A stretch of DNA of 64,000 nucleotides from positions 28,690 through 92,689 of the forward strand of contig JAJWNA010000002.1 in NCBI GenBank assembly GCA_021636085.1, in the 5' to 3' direction. Position 1 is the stretch's first letter. Each line of letters starts with the position of its first letter. This DNA is from Candidatus Avelusimicrobium faecicola (GTDB lineage: Bacteria; Elusimicrobiota; Elusimicrobia; Elusimicrobiales; Elusimicrobiaceae). The notes under the pieces were generated by a model. That model was not told where the DNA came from. It was given only the letters and a program-made list of their open reading frames with translations, and ran no database searches. Positions 58,784-64,000 of the stretch are shown here, in pieces. Position numbers and translations under genes: made by a program.

Positions 58784-59218
58784 TTAGGCGCCCCAGCCAA
58801 TGGCATCACAAAGGCGGGTGCCTTCTTCGGTCGCTCCGGTTTTGGGTTGGCACTCGCGGCCCACCACTTGGCCGTCTTCAATAATAATATTCAAATTATA
58901 CCCTTTGTCGGTCCGTTGCACTTGCAGTTTTACATGTGAGTTGGTGGACTCCGCCGCAACTACTTGAGGCTCTGTAAAATAATTGGAGTGCGCTTTATCC
59001 ATGCCTCTTCCCAAAAAGTCAGCCAAATTGGCATAAGAGCCCTCTTGCATCATATAATATCCGTTGGCTTGGTCGGCGGCCAAAGTTAAATCGGTAATCC
59101 CCTCCTGTGCGCGGGCTTTTTCCATAGCGGTTTTATATTTGGGTACACTTGCCACCACCAATAAAGAAACAATAATCATCACAACCAATAACTCAATTAA
59201 CGTAAAACCTTTTTGCAT
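58784..59218 (-). CDS. prepilin-type N-terminal cleavage/methylation domain protein (type IV pilin / T2SS pseudopilin-like)
   Basis: MQKGFTLIELLVVMIIVSLL class III signal peptide followed by a small globular domain. Confidence 0.8.
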   Translation of the reverse strand: MQKGFTLIELLVVMIIVSLLVVASVPKYKTAMEKARAQEGITDLTLAADQANGYYMMQEGSYANLADFLGRGMDKAHSNYFTEPQVVAAESTNSHVKLQVQRTDKGYNLNIIIEDGQVVGRECQPKTGATEEGTRLCDAIGWGA

Positions 59219-59316
59219 AAAAACCTCCGTATTTTAGGGGGTCATAAAAAACCCTTCTTGTTATAGTATAATTCTTTTTGGCCCTGTTGCCACTTATTTT
59301 TTATAAAATAACCCTA

Positions 59317-60549
59317 ATGAACGCAAAAAAACTGTTTTGGCTCCTCTTTTTACTCAACCTGTTTAACTATATAGACAGGCAAGTTTTGTTTTCCGTTTTT
59401 CCCCTCTTGCAGGCGGATTTACACATTACAGACACCCAACTGGGCACCCTGGCCAGCGTATTTATGCTGGTGTATATGCTGTATGCCCCGCTGGTGGGCT
59501 ACTTTGCGGACCGCACCCAACGCCAAAAATGGATTGGCGCCAGCGCGCTTATTTGGAGCGCCGCCACTATGGCTTGCGCTTGGGTGAAAAATTACGCCGC
59601 CCTACTGGCCGCCCGCGGGCTCATTGGCGTGGGCGAAGCCGGATTTACCACCATCGCCCAGCCGTTTTTGGCGGAGAACTTTCCCAAAGAAAAACGCGCC
59701 ACCTTACTAGCCTATTTTGCGTTAGCTTTGCCCATAGGCAGTGCGTTGGGCTATTTGGCCGGAGGAGTGATTGGCCAGCACTGGGGTTGGAGAGCGGCCT
59801 TTATGCTGGTGGGCGTGCCGGGCCTGTTTTTGGGGTTGCTGGCGCTGACCCAAATAAAAGACACGTTCCGCCTGGCCCAAGCCCCGCGGGATAGGGCGCG
59901 CCGGGTGGATTATTTGATATTACTGCGCAACAAAGCGTTTATTTTTTTATGTTTGGCGCATGCCATGGGCACTTTTGCATTGGGCGGATTTTCCGCGTGG
60001 TTGCCCACTTATTTCCACCGTTTTTGGGGTTTTTCGGTTTCGCGGGCGGGGTTGGTTTTTGGCGCCATGGTGGTAGTGTGCGGGGCGTTGGGCACATTTT
60101 TTGGGGGCAAACTGGCGGATAAACTCTTAAAAAAGACCCATTTAGCGTATTTTATTACTATTTTTGCTAGTTTTTTACTGGCCTTTCCGTTTGCGGCAGG
60201 AGCCGTATTTTGCGCGAAACTGCTTCCGGCACTGCTCTTGTTGGCCGGAGGAATTGTGTGCATTTTCCTGCCCATGGGGCCCATCAGTGCGGCCCTGGTG
60301 GCGCTGACCCGCACGCGGGTACGCTCCATGGCGTTTGCGGTAAATATTTTTATTATTCACGCGCTGGGGGACGCTGTTTCCCCGGTGCTGTTAGGCAAGG
60401 CGTCGGATATTTGGGGCTTAAAAACGGCCATTTTGTTTTGTTCGTTCGCCGTGCTTCCGGCCTGTTTGTTTACGCTCTGCTCCGCTTGGTTCGCCCGCAA
60501 AAGCGGCCGCCTGCGCGAGTATTTAACCCCCAAAACGGAAACAAAATAA
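59317..60549 (+). CDS. MFS transporter
   Basis: Twelve TM helices and an MFS loop 2-3 motif (GYFADRTQRQK). Confidence 0.75.
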   Translation: MNAKKLFWLLFLLNLFNYIDRQVLFSVFPLLQADLHITDTQLGTLASVFMLVYMLYAPLVGYFADRTQRQKWIGASALIWSAATMACAWVKNYAALLAARGLIGVGEAGFTTIAQPFLAENFPKEKRATLLAYFALALPIGSALGYLAGGVIGQHWGWRAAFMLVGVPGLFLGLLALTQIKDTFRLAQAPRDRARRVDYLILLRNKAFIFLCLAHAMGTFALGGFSAWLPTYFHRFWGFSVSRAGLVFGAMVVVCGALGTFFGGKLADKLLKKTHLAYFITIFASFLLAFPFAAGAVFCAKLLPALLLLAGGIVCIFLPMGPISAALVALTRTRVRSMAFAVNIFIIHALGDAVSPVLLGKASDIWGLKTAILFCSFAVLPACLFTLCSAWFARKSGRLREYLTPKTETK

Positions 60550-60550
60550 T

Positions 60551-60584
60551 AAAAAACGCGGGGAAACCGTTTCGTTCCCCCGCG
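60551..60584 (-). terminator. terminator of GH57 gene (minus strand)
   Basis: cgcgggg...ccccgcg hairpin followed on the minus strand by TTTTTT. Confidence 0.5.
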
Positions 60585-60606
60585 CCGTAAATATCAAACG
60601 CCGGTG

Positions 60607-62976
60607 CTAAAGCGCAATTTGCAACTTGCGCGCCAAGGCTTTCAGCACATCTTTGGTGGCTTTTTCCTTGCCTAAGCCTTTCAAGGCCAGGAAAACAAAC
60701 TCCTGCGCGCGGGTAATATCCGGCGTAAAGCCGAAGATTTCCATATAATTCATAAACTCCACCACTTTCATAGCGGCGGCACTGTCCGACGGGTTGCGCG
60801 CAAACGCAAACGCAAGCAGGGTCAGTTTTTCGCTCACCACCCGGGTTAAATCCGCATTAGCCACATTTAAGCCCAAGGTTTTTACGTCTTCCATTAATTC
60901 TTCTATGGCGTTTACGTCCAATTCTTTCGCGCGGAACTCCGCCTTTAAGTCACTCGTCAGCACAAAGTCGGCCACCGTTAAAAACGGCGCCGGCAGGGGC
61001 GTGCCGATATATTGCAAACCGCGCACCACCGGGTATTGTTCTTCAAAAATTTGGGTGAATTTTTTGTCCGTGTCTTCGTACACTTTATCCAACACCAAAT
61101 CAATTACCTTGCGCTGTACATCCTTAAATAAATCCGTCAGCGCGTACACCGTGCCGAACCGCTTGCGGATAAGTTGCGCACATTCGTCATAACGGCCCTT
61201 TTCAAAAGCGGTTTTTAAGGAAGCAAACAGCGCCTCTTTATCGGCCGGCACATTTGCCGCCGCGCACAAAAACGCCGTGGCCCCTTGCTGTAAAACGGCA
61301 AACGCAAAACGGCGTACTTCCAACGTGACGGCGGAAGAAAGTTTCATTTCCCCATAATACAAATGGTTGGCGGGAGCGCTTAACAAGACCGGCTTAAAAT
61401 CTTCCACCCGGCAATCATAGGCTTGTTGCGGGTTTTGGGTTTTATCCGTCAGCACCGCCACCGCGTGCTGGGCGGCTACTTTTTCAAGCGGCATTTTTTG
61501 CGGCAACACAAAGCGCGTGTAAACCACCGCTCCGTTTTTCAAATCCCGGATATTGCTGGGGGCCGCTTCCAAACGCTTGATAAATTCCGGCTCCAAATCC
61601 ACGCCGCTCATGCGTTTATTTAACTCCGCCGCCCGCGCCGCGTACTGCATAATTTGCACGGTTTCAATCCCGCTGATTTCGTCAAAAAACCAACCGCAGC
61701 TCGTGTACATCAGCATAGCAAAGCGTTGCATTTCCAGCAGGCAGAGCGCGCCGGAACGGTCATTCCAGGCTTTCTCTGTGGCGTGGCGCAGGAAAAAGCG
61801 GTGTTGGGCATCCAAACTGCGGTCCAAAACTAATTCAATATATTCGTCACGCGCCTGCCACGGGTCCTTAAAATACTGGGCGCCCACCGTGTTAAATGTT
61901 TTAACCATTTCGTCGCGGAGCCAGTCCAAGGCTTCGCGCAAAGGCTTACGCCATTTTTGGTGCCAACCGCTGTGCATGCCGGAGTTGCAACCGCAATCGG
62001 CCCGCCAACGCTCCACCCCGTGAAAACAACTCCACGACGTATTTTCAAAAATCTGCGCTTCATATTGGGGCGGATTTTTGGCTAAAAACTCCCCGTAAAC
62101 CGTCACTTGCACATCTGTTTTTTCTTCCACATATTTTAAGCAGTAGGCCAGGGCCATATCGGCAAATTTTTGGTGGTGGCCGTATGTTTCGCCGTCGGTG
62201 GCTATGTGCATCAGTTGCGCTTCTTCGCCGGAGTTATAAGTGCTTAACAACCGCCCGGCAAAAGTTTCCCCGCTTTTTAACGTGTCCGAAAAAGCAATCC
62301 CCTGGGAAATCGGCCCGTCGTAAAAGAACAGGGCTATTTTGCGCCCGCTGGGCAGTTGGCACTGGTACGCCCGCTTGGGGTCCACCCGGCCGCCGGAAAC
62401 ATCCTGCCACTGCGTTTGGCCGATAGGGCGCACGCGCGCGCATTGGCCCGGCGCTAAAATTACAAATTTCATGCCACATTCTGCCAATACTTCCAGCGTT
62501 TGCGTATTGCAGGCGGTTTCGGCCAACCACAAGGCTTCCGGCTCCCGCCCAAAGCGTTTCTTAAAATCGGCAATACCCCAACGCACTTGGGTATATTTGT
62601 CCCGCTCGTTGGCTAACGGTAAAATCATGTGGTTATACGCCTGGGCAATCGCGCTGCCGTGGCCGGAAAAATTTTCCCGGCTGAGTTTATCGGCCTCCAA
62701 AATGGCCCGGTATACTTCCGGCTCTTTGCGCTCCATCCAGGATAAAAGCGTCGGCCCGAAGTTAAAGCTGATACGGGCGTAGTTATTAATTAAATCGGTT
62801 AATTGTTGTTTGCCGTCTAAAACGCGCGCCAACGCATTGGGCGCGTAGCACTCCGCGCAAATGCGGGAGTTCCAATCGTGGTACGGGGCGGCGCTGTCTT
62901 GGATTTCTATTTCGTCCAGCCAGGCGTTCTCCCGCGGGGGTTGGTAAAAATGTCCGTGTATGCAAAGATATTTCAT
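60607..62976 (-). CDS. glycoside hydrolase family 57 protein (alpha-amylase/alpha-glucanotransferase-like) with DUF3536-type C-terminal region
   Basis: N-terminus MKYLCIHGHFYQPPREN, the GH57 catalytic core, and ~790 aa in total. Start is trimmed to the ATG at 62976. Confidence 0.75.
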   Translation of the reverse strand: MKYLCIHGHFYQPPRENAWLDEIEIQDSAAPYHDWNSRICAECYAPNALARVLDGKQQLTDLINNYARISFNFGPTLLSWMERKEPEVYRAILEADKLSRENFSGHGSAIAQAYNHMILPLANERDKYTQVRWGIADFKKRFGREPEALWLAETACNTQTLEVLAECGMKFVILAPGQCARVRPIGQTQWQDVSGGRVDPKRAYQCQLPSGRKIALFFYDGPISQGIAFSDTLKSGETFAGRLLSTYNSGEEAQLMHIATDGETYGHHQKFADMALAYCLKYVEEKTDVQVTVYGEFLAKNPPQYEAQIFENTSWSCFHGVERWRADCGCNSGMHSGWHQKWRKPLREALDWLRDEMVKTFNTVGAQYFKDPWQARDEYIELVLDRSLDAQHRFFLRHATEKAWNDRSGALCLLEMQRFAMLMYTSCGWFFDEISGIETVQIMQYAARAAELNKRMSGVDLEPEFIKRLEAAPSNIRDLKNGAVVYTRFVLPQKMPLEKVAAQHAVAVLTDKTQNPQQAYDCRVEDFKPVLLSAPANHLYYGEMKLSSAVTLEVRRFAFAVLQQGATAFLCAAANVPADKEALFASLKTAFEKGRYDECAQLIRKRFGTVYALTDLFKDVQRKVIDLVLDKVYEDTDKKFTQIFEEQYPVVRGLQYIGTPLPAPFLTVADFVLTSDLKAEFRAKELDVNAIEELMEDVKTLGLNVANADLTRVVSEKLTLLAFAFARNPSDSAAAMKVVEFMNYMEIFGFTPDITRAQEFVFLALKGLGKEKATKDVLKALARKLQIAL

Positions 62977-63111
62977 ATATATATTTATAGCAATTAATGC
63001 TAGAATATGCACAGGAAGTGCTTTCCCGCCGTAGAAACCCTTGATTATTGACGGACGGCGGTTATACTAAAAGTAGGGAGTAGTAATTCCCATTATCGCC
63101 GAGGTGCGCTT

Positions 63112-64000
63112 ATGAAAAAAACATTTATTTTGGATACAAACGTCTTGCTGCATGATGTAAACTGCCTGCACGCCTTTGAGGATAACGCCATCATTATCCC
63201 CATGGCCGTGATTGAAGAACTGGATAATTTCAAAAGCGAAGGAGATACCCGCGGGAAGAACGCCCGCATGGTATCGCGCGCGCTGGACGAAATGCGCAAG
63301 CTGGGGCACTTGAACGAAGGCGTCACACTGGGCGGCGGAGGCACCTTAAAAATTGAATTGGACAAACCCAACATTTTGCCGCAGTCTTTGTCCTTCAATA
63401 AGGCGGATAATTCTATTTTGAATATTGCCTACACGCTGGCTAAAAAAGAGGGCGCTTATAAAAAAGACCACGCCCCGGTAATTGTGGTGACCAAAGATAT
63501 TAATATGCGCCTGAAAGCCGAAGCCCTGGGCCTGGACGCGCAAGACTACACCACCGATAAAGTAAATGTGGACGAGCTGTATACCGGCATGGCGGAAATG
63601 GAAGTTTCTTCCGAGCAAATTGACGAATTTTACCGCCACAAAAAACTGCCCATTCAAGACGGTTTATATTTCCCGAACGAATTTATTATTCTAAAGGCCA
63701 ACGACGGCAGTAAAAAGTCGGCCATGGGGCGCGTGGCCAACAACGGCGAACTTTGTATCCGGCCGCTATCCTCGCAAGAGCCTGTGGCCTGGGGCATTAA
63801 ACCCCTCAATAAAGAACAGCGCTTTGCCATGGAATTACTGCTGGACGACAGCTTGGATATTGTCACCCTGGTAGGCACCGCCGGCACCGGTAAAACCTTA
63901 ATTACGCTGGCCACCGGCTTGCAGCGCACCATGGACGAAAACGCCTACCGCCGCCTGGTGGTGTGCCGCTCCATTGTGCCGGTGGGGAAAGACTTGGGTT
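63112..64000 (+). CDS. PIN-domain + PhoH-like ATPase (YlaK/PhoH2 family), 3'-truncated at window edge
   Basis: N-terminal PIN (ILDTNVLLHD...IIPMAVIEELD) followed by the PhoH Walker A region VTLVGTAGTGKTLITLA. The ORF is open to the last base of the window. Confidence 0.8.
   Translation, partial: MKKTFILDTNVLLHDVNCLHAFEDNAIIIPMAVIEELDNFKSEGDTRGKNARMVSRALDEMRKLGHLNEGVTLGGGGTLKIELDKPNILPQSLSFNKADNSILNIAYTLAKKEGAYKKDHAPVIVVTKDINMRLKAEALGLDAQDYTTDKVNVDELYTGMAEMEVSSEQIDEFYRHKKLPIQDGLYFPNEFIILKANDGSKKSAMGRVANNGELCIRPLSSQEPVAWGIKPLNKEQRFAMELLLDDSLDIVTLVGTAGTGKTLITLATGLQRTMDENAYRRLVVCRSIVPVGKDLG

Overview
The window reads as about 64 kb of core chromosome from a Gram-negative (diderm) bacterium, roughly 55% GC. 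It carries a complete outer-membrane and LPS toolkit: bamA, a skp-like gene, lpxD, lpxC, fabZ, lpxA, lpxI, lptD, a TolC-family protein, and secreted TldD/PmbA peptidases. One pilin-like gene with an 'MQKGFTLIELLVV' leader would fit an Elusimicrobia-like lineage, but that placement is speculative.

Gene density is high. I support about 55 CDS, two tRNAs (Thr-TGT and Glu-CTC, both on the minus strand), many clean rho-independent terminators, and two pairs of intergenic direct repeats. I found no CRISPR array and no obvious transposon or prophage.

The recognisable blocks, in order:
- 1-4 kb: a Na+-decarboxylase beta subunit (5'-truncated by the window edge), endonuclease III, and a metal ABC importer (ZnuABC/Tro-like).
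- 4-8 kb: an EamA transporter, then a DUF4912 protein paired with a GH57 glycogen-branching-type enzyme.
- 8-21 kb: greA, a secreted trypsin-like protease, several secreted or disordered hypotheticals, and a co-directional envelope operon (lipoprotein, beta-barrel OMP, stand-alone 2TM-HAMP protein, TolC-family protein, patatin phospholipase, TPR lipoprotein), followed by a translationally abutting secreted PmbA/TldD pair.
- 21.8-47 kb: a ~25 kb all-plus-strand string: terC, rpmB, bamA-skp-lpxD-lpxC-fabZ-lpxA-lpxI, tpiA-deoC, a giant 1254-aa protein, two lipoproteins, comM-dprA-topA-xer, a ROK kinase, lptD and tdk.
- 47-64 kb: an RDD protein, PcrA/UvrD, an m5U RNA methyltransferase, ychF, an ankyrin-repeat lipoprotein, tRNA-Glu, a membrane protein, a DUF3417-type alpha-glucan phosphorylase, trmL, a pilin-like gene, an MFS transporter, a second DUF3536-type GH57, and a PIN-PhoH (YlaK-like) gene truncated at the 3' edge.

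The most unusual object is the 1254-aa protein at 32252-36016. It carries a bona fide DnaA-type AAA+ domain III with Walker A/B and sensor-1 motifs intact, but no domain IV. That domain sits behind an ~800-aa Pro/Gln/Ala-rich tandem-repeat region, is translationally coupled to deoC, and is followed by lipoprotein and comM/dprA genes. The envelope operon with its output-less HAMP protein and the two repeat pairs (a 63-bp pair at tRNA-Thr and an 88-bp hairpin pair between RDD and pcrA) also merit checking.
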